Part shown: positions 27,782 through 37,037 of the stretch, in pieces
Layout: each line of letters begins with the position of its first letter
How positions within the stretch are numbered: position 1 is the first letter of the stretch
Origin: Candidatus Latescibacterota bacterium
GTDB lineage: Bacteria; Latescibacterota; UBA2968; GCA-2709665
Reading direction: 5' to 3'
NCBI GenBank assembly: GCA_965248435.1
Contig: OZ252100.1
Location: forward strand, 2,560,001-2,624,000
DNA length: 64,000 nucleotides
The notes under the pieces: model-generated
What the model was told of the DNA's origin: nothing
Seen by the model: the letters and a program-made list of their open reading frames with translations, nothing else
Database searches by the model: none
Translations under genes and position numbers: made by a program

Positions 27782-29255
27782 AGTCGTCTCCAGGACTCAG
27801 AGGTTTTGCTCGATAACGAATGCTCATGACCAGGGATACAAGAATAATGAGGAACAGAACTAATACACCGGGACGAGCAAACCAGCTCAAACCGTACCGT
27901 TGTACTGAGATGAAGAGATACGTTTCCAGGTTGCCCGCCAGCACGAAGCCGATGAGAGCAGCGGGCCGAGGCCATGCCAGATGTTTCATCACCCACCCCA
28001 GCGTTCCAATCAGTAAGAGCGCTACCAAATCGCCCCAGCTTCTCGTCGCCTGATATGAGACCAATGTTACGACGAGTACCATAAAAGGCGCTACATAGTG
28101 GAAAGGGATGATCGTAATCTGGGAGATGGGTCGGGACAAGAGAATGCAAAGCCCTGCTCCAACGACATTGGCCAGCGCTAGACTCCAAATTGCTGTGTAG
28201 AGCAGGTCCGCTTTTTCGGTCACCATGGAAGGCCCTGGTTGAATTCCAAGAATAAGAAGACCCCCCAAAAAAACGGCCATAGAGCCAGAGCCGGGGATAC
28301 CGAAAAGGAGTGTCGGAATGAGCCCCCCTCCTTCCTTCGCATTGTTGGCGCTCTCAGGCGCCAAAACGCCTCGAATATCCCCTCTTCCGAAATTCTTCGG
28401 GGGCCTGGCTGTTGTTATGATATGCCCGTAGGCGAGCCAATCTACCACCGAACCACCGAGACCTGGCAGGAACCCCACAACGACACCGATCAGGCTGCAC
28501 CGCAAGACGATGAATTTGTAGCGAATGACATCTTTTACGCCGTCCAACCAGCCTTTTTCAATCTTGCCGGCTTGAGCAATGGGCCGCCCTTGCCTGATGA
28601 GGTCTATCAGCTCGGGAACTGCGAACAGCCCGAGCCCTACAACGACAAGAGAGATGCCGTCCAGCAGATACGCTGTGCCAAAGGTGTAGCGGTATTCGGG
28701 GACCGCCGGGGCCGATCCCATCGATCCGATCATGAGTCCGATGCCAGCAGCCAGCAGGCCTTTGAGGATGTGTTTGCCGGAGAGAATTCCGACCATCGAT
28801 ATCCCGAGGAGCGCCAGCATGAAAAGCTCCGGAGAGCCGAAAGCGAGTATGAGTGGCCGGGCGATGGGTACTATGACGGAGAGCGCCAACGCCCCAATAA
28901 GTCCACCGATAAGTGACGCCGAAAAGGCGGCGGAAAGGGCCCGCGCCGCCTGACCTTTTTGGGCCAAAGGATACCCGTCCATGACGGTGGCCTGAGATCC
29001 TGCTGAGCCCGGAATGCCCATCAACACCGAGGGGAACGTGTCCGAAGTGGGAATGACCGCGATCATCCCGATTAGAAGGGCAAACGCGCTATGGGGAGCC
29101 ATGCCGTATATCACAGGTAGGAGCATGGTCATACCTACGATGCCACCAAGCCCTGGAATGATCCCGACCAAGAGTCCTACCAGAACGCCTGTGATCAACA
29201 TCAATAAGTGCGTCATGCTAAAAACAGTGTGTAAGGACTCCAGGAATGCATCCAC
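27771..29255 (-). CDS. tctA: Tripartite tricarboxylate transporter large permease
   Basis: GIIPGLG, DGYPLA, APESANNAKEGG, GIPGS. Confidence 0.93.
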   Translation of the reverse strand: MDAFLESLHTVFSMTHLLMLITGVLVGLLVGIIPGLGGIVGMTMLLPVIYGMAPHSAFALLIGMIAVIPTSDTFPSVLMGIPGSAGSQATVMDGYPLAQKGQAARALSAAFSASLIGGLIGALALSVIVPIARPLILAFGSPELFMLALLGISMVGILSGKHILKGLLAAGIGLMIGSMGSAPAVPEYRYTFGTAYLLDGISLVVVGLGLFAVPELIDLIRQGRPIAQAGKIEKGWLDGVKDVIRYKFIVLRCSLIGVVVGFLPGLGGSVVDWLAYGHIITTARPPKNFGRGDIRGVLAPESANNAKEGGGLIPTLLFGIPGSGSMAVFLGGLLILGIQPGPSMVTEKADLLYTAIWSLALANVVGAGLCILLSRPISQITIIPFHYVAPFMVLVVTLVSYQATRSWGDLVALLLIGTLGWVMKHLAWPRPAALIGFVLAGNLETYLFISVQRYGLSWFARPGVLVLFLIILVSLVMSIRYRAKPLSPGDDFAD

Positions 29256-29267
29256 GACTCTTCCTCC

Positions 29268-30359
29268 CTATTCCGCAGTAATCCCATACTTGCTCGTGAT
29301 CCAATCGCGCATCCAGGATTTGCTCTCATCTGGAACGTCTATGACTTGCTTGAACGATTCATGTGCCAACTTCCCGACGAGTTGCGGATAGCCTCCCAGG
29401 CTCTTCTCAACCTCTCCTTGAAACTGGGAATCCGCGATGATTTTGGCGGCCGCTGCCCGATAATCCTGTACGATTTCATCTGGCGTATTTTCAGGCAGCC
29501 ACATGGCCTTTTGCAGGCCGAAGCCCGCAATTAAAAACGCCTTCCAGGCTTGCCACTCCGGCCCGGAAGGCTTTTCCCCGTGCACCATCTCGTACACTTC
29601 GGGAAAACACGGCAGGTCCGGCTCGATTGGATCTCTGACAATAGTCCCGTCCCGATCCAACACACCCCATGTCATTAAAGGTACGGCGAGTTTCTGTTTT
29701 ACTAGAGGACGGACGTTTTTGATGTAAGCGGTAGTAGTCTGATAGTCGATGTTGGCTTCCCCCTGCTCGAACGCGACTCGTCCGGCGCCTCTGCCCTTGT
29801 AGCCGAAGATTGCGCTGACTTCAAGTTTGAGCATATGGAAAGCCAATAATGGAACAATATCGAGGGATGTTGGCCCTTGAGAGGCATAAGAGAGTTTCAG
29901 GTTGAATCCCTTGAGGTCCCGGGCGGACGTAACCCCCATGCCGGGTTTGGTATAGACCACCCCACCGGAAGGGGAAGCGAATACGATTTGATACTTTGCG
30001 AAGTCGTACTGGACTTTGCGGTTTTCCAGTAGATAGGGGAACGTTGTAGACCCTGAAGAGCCAAAGACCGTCAAGCCATCAGCACTGACCCCCGTGTGAA
30101 AGTAGTTCCCTCCATTGATACTCCCGCCGCCCGGCATATTCTTTACAACAACCACAGGATGGCCTGGAAGATACTTCTGAAAATAGGGTGCGTAGATTCT
30201 TGCCCATATATCGGAGCCCCCACCCACTTTAAAAGGGATGATCCACTTAATGGTGCTGCGAGAACCTTTCGTCTGGTAAGCGACATATACGTTCAGCAAG
30301 GTGAGAAGAATAACGCTTACAAGGAAAATTATCCTTTTCTTCTGAAGCCGTGTGGTCAT
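29268..30359 (-). CDS. tctC: Tripartite tricarboxylate transporter substrate-binding protein
   Basis: IIPFKVGGGSD..AR, NMPGGG, ADGLT, GYKG..AFEQGE. Confidence 0.88.
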   Translation of the reverse strand: MTTRLQKKRIIFLVSVILLTLLNVYVAYQTKGSRSTIKWIIPFKVGGGSDIWARIYAPYFQKYLPGHPVVVVKNMPGGGSINGGNYFHTGVSADGLTVFGSSGSTTFPYLLENRKVQYDFAKYQIVFASPSGGVVYTKPGMGVTSARDLKGFNLKLSYASQGPTSLDIVPLLAFHMLKLEVSAIFGYKGRGAGRVAFEQGEANIDYQTTTAYIKNVRPLVKQKLAVPLMTWGVLDRDGTIVRDPIEPDLPCFPEVYEMVHGEKPSGPEWQAWKAFLIAGFGLQKAMWLPENTPDEIVQDYRAAAAKIIADSQFQGEVEKSLGGYPQLVGKLAHESFKQVIDVPDESKSWMRDWITSKYGITAE

Positions 30360-30563
30360 AATTCCTTCACCGTTTCAAATCCCAATTTCTCGGTCTTTCA
30401 ACTCCGTGACGCGCCCTCTTTTCAGAGATCCATTCGATCGTCTTGCCAGAGAAATCAACATCACCGGGTAGCAGACCTTGAACTTCCTATCGCTTATCGA
30501 TTCCGTCGTTCTCCCGGCGCAGGCACCGACGCTGAACGTCCCGGGCCGGTGGGTTCGTCAAGT

Positions 30564-32603
30564 CTACGGAGGGACCATCCGATCAGCCTCGCGCACCTGG
30601 ACAATCACACAAAAGCGCGTCCCAGGGACCTTTGCGAAGCCGGCCAGCCAGCGGCCGGCGTGCGCGGAATTCTCTTGTCCAACCGGATCGCGGTAGTCTT
30701 CAAACGCGCCGCCCGAAAGCATATGGGCCTGATCCTTCGGGAAGGGAACGGGACAAGCACGAGGCTCGAATGTCGGGTGGAGCACGATCAGATACTCCGC
30801 GGGTTGTTTGGGCTCGCCTCTTGCGGGATTGGGATCCCAGAGACCCACCACGGCGACCTTATACCTCGAATCCTTGATCTGCTCCAAGCCCATGGTTCGG
30901 CCGGTGGTGATTGACGCATGGATCACCCCAATGATTTCCCCCTCTTCGGACTGCACAACGCGGTCAATACCAAACTTGTAGATCTTCTGCGCCTTGGAAA
31001 AATAGAGCCTCGAGACGTACACGGCCTGGACCCCGGGTTCACTCGCCCGGGCAAGCGCCCCCTGTATGTAATCGCGAAAGAGGAAGTTCTTCCCGAGCAA
31101 AGGCTCCTCCCGATCTTCTTGGTCCATCGACTGTTCAAGCATCTTCCCCTTGGCATCATAGATCGCGGAGGTCTCGAAGGGGCGGTAACCTTCTAGGCCG
31201 AGGCGGCTCTTCGCCAGATTCTTTAGGAAGGCATGAAGGCCGTCCACGTCGTCCGACCGCAGCATCACTCTCAACTTGTCGCTCCCCGCCGCCTCGTTCA
31301 CGACCGCCTTCAGCTTTTCGAGCCGGTTGTGCAGGATCGAGGCTACCAATCCGGCGACATATTCGCAGCTCTCCAGCGTTGCCCTTTTTTGGGCTGAGAC
31401 CGTGATCTCAGCGTTACGCTTGTCCAACCAGGTCTTTCCGCCAACACCAGAAAGCGACAGGGCCACAACCGTGAAGACGGCCGCAGCGGGATTGCGCCGG
31501 CTCCACCGCCACACGTGTTTCCAGACAGGCCAGCGTGGAACCGCTCTTGGTTTCTTTAGATCCAGCCATCGTTGCAGGTCGCGGGCTACAGCCTCCGCGG
31601 ATCCATAGCGTTCCTCTGGGTTCTTCTCCAAGCATTTGAGACAGGTCCTTTCCAGATCGGGGTCGCAGCGACCGTGCAGTGCCTTCGGGAACTCCGGGAT
31701 GCGGTTCCTGACCAGGGTCTGGGGGTCCGCCCACGACTCGTCGGGACTTTCGACTCGATAGGGCGCCTTTCCGGTAAGGATGGCAAAGAGAACGGCGCCC
31801 AGCCCGTGCACGTCGCTCGTCGTGGTCAGGTCTAAATTCGGCTCTGTCTGTTCGGGAGACATGAAACCAATCGTGCCTTCGACGTTTCCCGTAGCCGGGA
31901 TTTTCTCATCCTTCTCAAAAGGCTTGGCCAGGCCAAAGTCTGTAACATATGGCCGCTGTTCGTCGTCCAGCAGGATGTTATCTGGTTTCAGGTCACCATG
32001 CTGGAGTCGGCGCGTGTGCGCGTGATGCACGGCCAGTGCGAGCTTCTTCACCAAGTAAGCCGCGGCGCGATGATCATGAGTAAATTCCGATAAGCGATCG
32101 TTCAGGCTGCAACCTTCGATGAAATCCATGGTGAAGTACGGCCTGCCGTCTGCGTGGATCCCAACTTCGTGTACCGGGACGATGTAGCTGTGCTTCAGAT
32201 TTGCCTGATGCTGCGCTTCTGTGCGAAAGCGCTTAACATCTTCCCGGGTCAGAGATGCGCCGGGCCGTGTGATCTTCAAGGCCACCCATCGCTTGAGGTT
32301 GGCATCAAAAGCTTTGTACACGACCCCCATTCCGCCGTGACCCACGTATTGGATCTTCGTGTATCGCGGTTCCTCGCCAAGCACACCGAAGTCTTCAAGA
32401 ACGAGTGGAATATCGTCGACGATCCACGGAGGATCTTTCAAGAACCCCTCAGACTCCGCCTTCGCTGCGTGCGGCAAGAGAGCTTCCACCTCGCCACGCA
32501 CGTGTGGATCCATTTCGTCGAGGTAGGTTCGGCGCTCGGAGGGTTCGAGCGCCTGTGCCTCCGCGAGGGCATCGGAGACTTCCTCCCAACGTTCAGCGCT
32601 CAT
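30564..32603 (-). CDS. Membrane Ser/Thr protein kinase with Cache-like C-terminal sensor
   Basis: GHGGMGVVY, VALK, HGDLKPDN, DFGLA, GTIGFMSPEQ; TM after RRNP; NFLFRDYIQGA, VYVSRLY. Confidence 0.9.
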   Translation of the reverse strand: MSAERWEEVSDALAEAQALEPSERRTYLDEMDPHVRGEVEALLPHAAKAESEGFLKDPPWIVDDIPLVLEDFGVLGEEPRYTKIQYVGHGGMGVVYKAFDANLKRWVALKITRPGASLTREDVKRFRTEAQHQANLKHSYIVPVHEVGIHADGRPYFTMDFIEGCSLNDRLSEFTHDHRAAAYLVKKLALAVHHAHTRRLQHGDLKPDNILLDDEQRPYVTDFGLAKPFEKDEKIPATGNVEGTIGFMSPEQTEPNLDLTTTSDVHGLGAVLFAILTGKAPYRVESPDESWADPQTLVRNRIPEFPKALHGRCDPDLERTCLKCLEKNPEERYGSAEAVARDLQRWLDLKKPRAVPRWPVWKHVWRWSRRNPAAAVFTVVALSLSGVGGKTWLDKRNAEITVSAQKRATLESCEYVAGLVASILHNRLEKLKAVVNEAAGSDKLRVMLRSDDVDGLHAFLKNLAKSRLGLEGYRPFETSAIYDAKGKMLEQSMDQEDREEPLLGKNFLFRDYIQGALARASEPGVQAVYVSRLYFSKAQKIYKFGIDRVVQSEEGEIIGVIHASITTGRTMGLEQIKDSRYKVAVVGLWDPNPARGEPKQPAEYLIVLHPTFEPRACPVPFPKDQAHMLSGGAFEDYRDPVGQENSAHAGRWLAGFAKVPGTRFCVIVQVREADRMVPP

Positions 32604-33226
32604 GATTCTTCTCCTCGCAAGCGTTGATGAAGCCAGGCCCGAGCGGCGCGCCAGTCTTTTTCCACTGTGGACACGGAAACCCCCAGGTAACCGGCGATCT
32701 CTCTCTCCTTGAGACCGCCAAAAAAGCGGAGCGAGACGACCTTGCTCTGTCGCTGGCTTTTCTGTGTGAGTTCGTCAAGGGCTGCGTGCAAGTCTAGATA
32801 CTTCACTTTCTGCGTTGCTTCAAGCGCTTCGACCGCCCGGTCCCATATATCCTGTTCGGATCCTTGTCGTTTCGCTAGCCGTCGAGCATGCTCAATAAGG
32901 ATGCGGCGCATCGCCAACGCCATGGCGCCGAAAAAATAAGCGCGATTTGGGGCTTTAAAGTTGCCCTTGCTGAAAATTCTGATCCACGCCTCATGCACTA
33001 TCGACGACGCCTGGCACATGGCATTCGTTCGCTCCCTGAAGAGCTTTCCGCGGGCCATCTCCTTAAGCTCCTCATAGACCTGTTCGATGAGTTGATGCTT
33101 TGCAACCGGATCACCTGCCGCCGCATTCTGAATAAGTCGCGTCAGCTCTCCGGCGGACTGGAGGTCCATGGAATTCACCTCCTGCGACGAGTCTCTTTCC
33201 GCATCATCAGGGGGTCTTTTTTCCAT
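32600..33226 (-). CDS. ECF-type sigma factor (TIGR02999-like, kinase-associated)
   Basis: VYEELKEMA, IVHEAW, YFFGAMALAMRRILIEHAR, LRFFGGL, TVEKDWRAARAWL. Confidence 0.92.
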   Translation of the reverse strand: MEKRPPDDAERDSSQEVNSMDLQSAGELTRLIQNAAAGDPVAKHQLIEQVYEELKEMARGKLFRERTNAMCQASSIVHEAWIRIFSKGNFKAPNRAYFFGAMALAMRRILIEHARRLAKRQGSEQDIWDRAVEALEATQKVKYLDLHAALDELTQKSQRQSKVVSLRFFGGLKEREIAGYLGVSVSTVEKDWRAARAWLHQRLRGEES

Positions 33227-33514
33227 CTATGCGACTCCTCCTGCCACACTCTATACATACATGCGTCGAGAATCACCGAAATCCGTAACGGATTTTCCAA
33301 CCTTCCACATTTTGTGCAACTCGATGTAGTCGCAAAAGTTAGGGACTGTATGCCGCACACAGGGGAATCCACGCCCGGCCCGCGGATCACGTTGGAGGGC
33401 CGCAAGCTACCTTTGCCTATGGTTTGGGCCGGGGCCGGCGTGAGGGGAAGATCAAGGCCCGTAGAAACCACAGGATCTTCCAACCGCGGTGCTGAAGGCG
33501 AGTCCGGGACTCCT

Positions 33515-34591
33515 TCAGGCGCGTTGTTGATTGCCGTGAAGCCGGATCGTCTCGGAGGTCCAGCGCGGGTCCCGGATTCGCTGCTTCGTCTTCCGGGCGA
33601 CTTCCTCCGTGAATTCCGACGTCGAGCAGCTACCCCGTAGATCCGGTGTGCAAACGCCTTCCCGCAGAAGATCTAGGCAGGAGTTCTTGATGGCGCTCGC
33701 CGGTCTGACCTCGCCGAGGTGGTACAACAGCAGGGCGAAGGCCAGAAAGATTGCAGTCGGGTTGGCTTTTCCTTGGCCCGAGATGTCGGGCGCCGTCCCG
33801 TGGGCAGCGTCGTAGAGTCCTACTCGAATGTTACCCTTTGCGTCGAATCCATAGTTTCCGCTCGCGCCGATGCCAAGGGAGCCGATCAGCCCGCACGCCA
33901 TATCCGAGAGAAAGTCTCCGTATTCGTTAAGCACCAGGACAACCTTGAAATCCTGAGGACGCAGCACGATCTTTGCCAGGAGCGCGTCGAATAGCTCGAT
34001 ATGGTGGGAGACGTCGTCGTAGCGTTGCGCTACCGTCCGAACGATCGATTCAAAGAGACCGTCCGTGACCTTCTGGATCGTGTGCTTCGAGGAAGACGTG
34101 ACGCTCTTCTTTGTCTTCCTGGCCAAGTCGAAAGCGAACGACGCCGCCTGGAGGCAGGGTTCTCGTTCGATGATCCGGAGGGAAACCGCGGCCTCGTGCC
34201 CGATCATCTGTCCGGGATCGTCGTATGTGCCGCCGGTCGCGATGCGCACGATATCAAGGTCGAGTTCCTCTTTGAAATTCGACGGGATCCCTGGGATGGT
34301 CTGGACGGGACGGTGGATAACGTGGAGTCGTAGCCGTTTGCGAAGTACTTGATTCGGGCTTTCGCGGACCGTGGCGGTCGGATGTTTGAGCGCAACGCTC
34401 GTCTTTTCGATGGCCTCTACTATTTCATCATAGAGAGCCATTCCCTCCGCGTCGCGCCGTTCGACGCTGAGGTCGAATGGCCGCCAGTCGATCCCGAACG
34501 GAAGTGCTTGTTCGGCGAGGTGGTGGACCGCCTCCGAGAGCTCCGACCCGATCCCATCGCCGAGAAGTTCAACGACCGAATAGGATTTCAT
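33515..34591 (-). CDS. Isocitrate/isopropylmalate dehydrogenase family protein
   Basis: GDGIGSE, NEYGDFLSD, AAHGTAPDISGQGKANPTA. Confidence 0.92.
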   Translation of the reverse strand: MKSYSVVELLGDGIGSELSEAVHHLAEQALPFGIDWRPFDLSVERRDAEGMALYDEIVEAIEKTSVALKHPTATVRESPNQVLRKRLRLHVIHRPVQTIPGIPSNFKEELDLDIVRIATGGTYDDPGQMIGHEAAVSLRIIEREPCLQAASFAFDLARKTKKSVTSSSKHTIQKVTDGLFESIVRTVAQRYDDVSHHIELFDALLAKIVLRPQDFKVVLVLNEYGDFLSDMACGLIGSLGIGASGNYGFDAKGNIRVGLYDAAHGTAPDISGQGKANPTAIFLAFALLLYHLGEVRPASAIKNSCLDLLREGVCTPDLRGSCSTSEFTEEVARKTKQRIRDPRWTSETIRLHGNQQRA

Positions 34592-34779
34592 ATGTACACC
34601 TCCTCTTCTATCATTAGTATATAATCAGCCTATTCAAGAATTTTGAAACAATTCATAAAGGTAGAATGGGGAAGCTACAATATAATCCTGCAAATTCGCC
34701 TCGCCAAACTCTGATGATGTTCTAATTGCCGACGGCGATTATGGTCACAGGTGGGTCACAGGCTTTAAGGTAAGAGAAG

Positions 34780-34809
34780 AGGGCTTGCACCCTCATCAGT
34801 GCAAGCCCT
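34780..34809. terminator. Palindrome downstream of tRNA-Pro (att-family, probable terminator)
   Basis: AGGGCTTGCAC-N8-GTGCAAGCCCT; GGTCACAGG direct repeat at 34743-34762 may be integrase arm sites. Confidence 0.7.
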
Positions 34810-34818
34810 TGTTTTATT

Positions 34819-34895
34819 TGGTCGGGGCGGCGGGATTTGAACCCACGACCCCCTGCTCCCAAAGCAGGTGCTCTACCGGGCTGAGCCACGCCCCG
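34819..34895 (-). tRNA. tRNA-Pro(TGG)
   Basis: CGGGGCG acceptor stem, CCTGC-tt-TGG-ga-GCAGG anticodon arm, GGTTCAAATCC, CCA end. Confidence 0.97.
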
Positions 34896-35071
34896 ACCGT
34901 CAGGATGCGTCTATGTTCATTCAACTTCTCTTACTGAGAACGATGCCACTCACAAGGCTTGCATTTGCCTCAGATAACGCGTGATGCACGGACGGCGGAC
35001 GACAGACGCCTGCCCCGAGCCCTGTCGAGGGGGCAGACCGCCTAAAGGCAGACGACCGACAGCGGAACGCT

Positions 35072-35368
35072 TCATCTGGTGCTCGCCACTCGTGTCAGTG
35101 GGGTAACGGTCGGTTCTTCCTCGCACCTTTCTTCGACTCCCGAGACATACTCTTCAAAGAAGGCGTAAAGCTGGAGCATTTTTTCCGCTTCCTCATCTTC
35201 GAACGTGGTGATGTTGTAGAAGGAAACCCCGTCCGGAAGCTCGTAACTCGTGTACTCGATCTTCGAATCGTGCAGCTCCTTGATCTGCTTCACAAATTCA
35301 CGTACGGCGGCTCTATGCTCGTCCACCCTGTCAGGCTTCACGCAAAACTGTATAAGGAAATCCATCAT
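35072..35368 (-). CDS. Small ABM/dimeric alpha-beta barrel protein
   Basis: IQFCVKPDRVDE..YTSY..DGVSF..CEEEP. Confidence 0.6.
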   Translation of the reverse strand: MMDFLIQFCVKPDRVDEHRAAVREFVKQIKELHDSKIEYTSYELPDGVSFYNITTFEDEEAEKMLQLYAFFEEYVSGVEERCEEEPTVTPLTRVASTR

Positions 35369-35642
35369 CTCCTCCAGAACACGAAAACTGATTCACGAGG
35401 CGCACTAGGATCCCTGCCCCGGCGAAAAAGTAAGCGACTTGGGGAAACCTGTCAACGGAATTCGGTGGTTTCTTTCGCCCTTGCGATCACCTTTGCGGCG
35501 TGTTAGCTTAACAGTTCTTGCAACGAAGGGCGAAAGAAACCGGACGGTAGACAACGGACGGCAGACCGCAGAATGAATTGACCGATTCCTGTGGTACTAC
35601 GCGGTCCGCGGTCTGTGGTCTGCAGTCATGGAGAGCGTCTTC

Positions 35643-36764
35643 ATGTCTATGCTAATCATAGATGGCCATCTAGACCTGGCCTTCAACGGCCTCTTTAATC
35701 GCCGTGACCAGAGGCAGCCCGCAATGGTCCTGCGCAATCGGGAGGACATCTTTCTAAGCGGCCCTTCCGCTGACCCGGAGGCCGTACTCATTAAAGAAAA
35801 TGCCTGGGCGGACAAGCAGCACGGCATGGCCACGGTCTCCCTTCCAGACATGCGCAGGGGTCACGTCGGCATAGGGCTGATTACGATCATGTCGCGTATC
35901 CAGCTGCCCGGTCCGAACAGTCACAACTCCGTGCGAACGCAGGCGGTCGCTCACGCGCAGGGCATCTCCCACCTGGCCTACTACGAAGCCCTGGAGCGCG
36001 AAGGCGAAGTTCGGTTCATCAAGTCCGTAAAAGACCTGGATGTATCTGTCGCGGAGTGGGAGAATCCAACTCCGGAGACTCCCATCGGTCTGATCCTTTC
36101 CATGGAGGGGGCCGACCCGATTCTCGGGCCGGACAACGTTCAGGACTGGTGGGAGGCCGGACTCCGATCCGTCTCCCTCACCCACTTCGGGGCCAACACC
36201 TACGGTCACGGCACGGGAACCGAAGGCGGACTCTACACGCCTGCCTTTCCCCTGATGGACGCCCTGCGAGACGCGGGCGTCATGCTGGACGTGACCCACT
36301 CCGCCGACCTCGCCTTCTGGCAGCTGCTTGACTACTGGGACGGACCCATCCACGCCAGCCACTGCAACTGCCGCGCCCTCGTTCCGGTCCAGCGGATGTT
36401 GACGGACGAGATGATCAAAGCGCTTTGCGAGCGCGACGCCGTGATCGGCGTCGTCTTCGCCGATACGTTCGTGAATCCGAACGCGCACATGTTCGGGCCC
36501 ACAACCGCCATGACCCGGCCGATGAGCGCCAACGTCGAACACATCGACCACATCTGCCAGCTCACCGGAAACACCGACCACGTCGCTATCGGAAGCGACC
36601 TGGACGGCGGCTTCGGTCGCGAGAAGTCTCCCTGTGACCTGGACACCATCGCAGACCTGCAGGGCTTCCTGGACGCCCTGAGACAGCGCGGATACAGCGA
36701 GGACGACGTCGCCAAGATCGCCCACGGCAACACGCTGCGGCTTTTCAGGAAAGCGTGGAGTTGA
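35643..36764 (+). CDS. M19 membrane-dipeptidase family (amidohydrolase) paralog 1
   Basis: IDGHLDLA, SMEGAD, DVTH, HASHCN, IGSDLDGG. Confidence 0.92.
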   Translation: MSMLIIDGHLDLAFNGLFNRRDQRQPAMVLRNREDIFLSGPSADPEAVLIKENAWADKQHGMATVSLPDMRRGHVGIGLITIMSRIQLPGPNSHNSVRTQAVAHAQGISHLAYYEALEREGEVRFIKSVKDLDVSVAEWENPTPETPIGLILSMEGADPILGPDNVQDWWEAGLRSVSLTHFGANTYGHGTGTEGGLYTPAFPLMDALRDAGVMLDVTHSADLAFWQLLDYWDGPIHASHCNCRALVPVQRMLTDEMIKALCERDAVIGVVFADTFVNPNAHMFGPTTAMTRPMSANVEHIDHICQLTGNTDHVAIGSDLDGGFGREKSPCDLDTIADLQGFLDALRQRGYSEDDVAKIAHGNTLRLFRKAWS

Positions 36765-36782
36765 TCAAGCCAAATCTCTTCC

Positions 36783-36838
36783 TTGTCCCGATCTCTCGAT
36801 ACACGGCGCGCGGAGATAGGAACCTCATCAGCGCCGCA
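36783..36838 (+). repeat. 56-bp direct repeat, second copy at 38168-38223
   Basis: Two mismatches between copies; each follows a dipeptidase stop. Confidence 0.9.
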
Positions 36839-37037
36839 CTCGAGGTTCCAGTTCTTTTGCGTAAGGTGATTCTGTGATTTCTTTGTCGGTTTCCCTTCAT
36901 CATTCGGTACGACGTCGACTTTTTTCGTGCCTTTCGTGATCCTTCGTGCAATTTCGTGATCCAGCTTTTACGAACGACGGTTTTGCGGTACCCGGTACCC
37001 GTGTTTTGATTTCCCTGTACCCGATCATTGCGCCTTT

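Larger units (their letters stand above)
24718..34859. mobile_element. Genomic island integrated at tRNA-Pro(TGG), no integrase visible
   Basis: Bounded by the 43-bp tRNA 3' duplication; all cargo on the minus strand; visibly more AT-rich in 24.8-30.4 kb. Confidence 0.85.
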
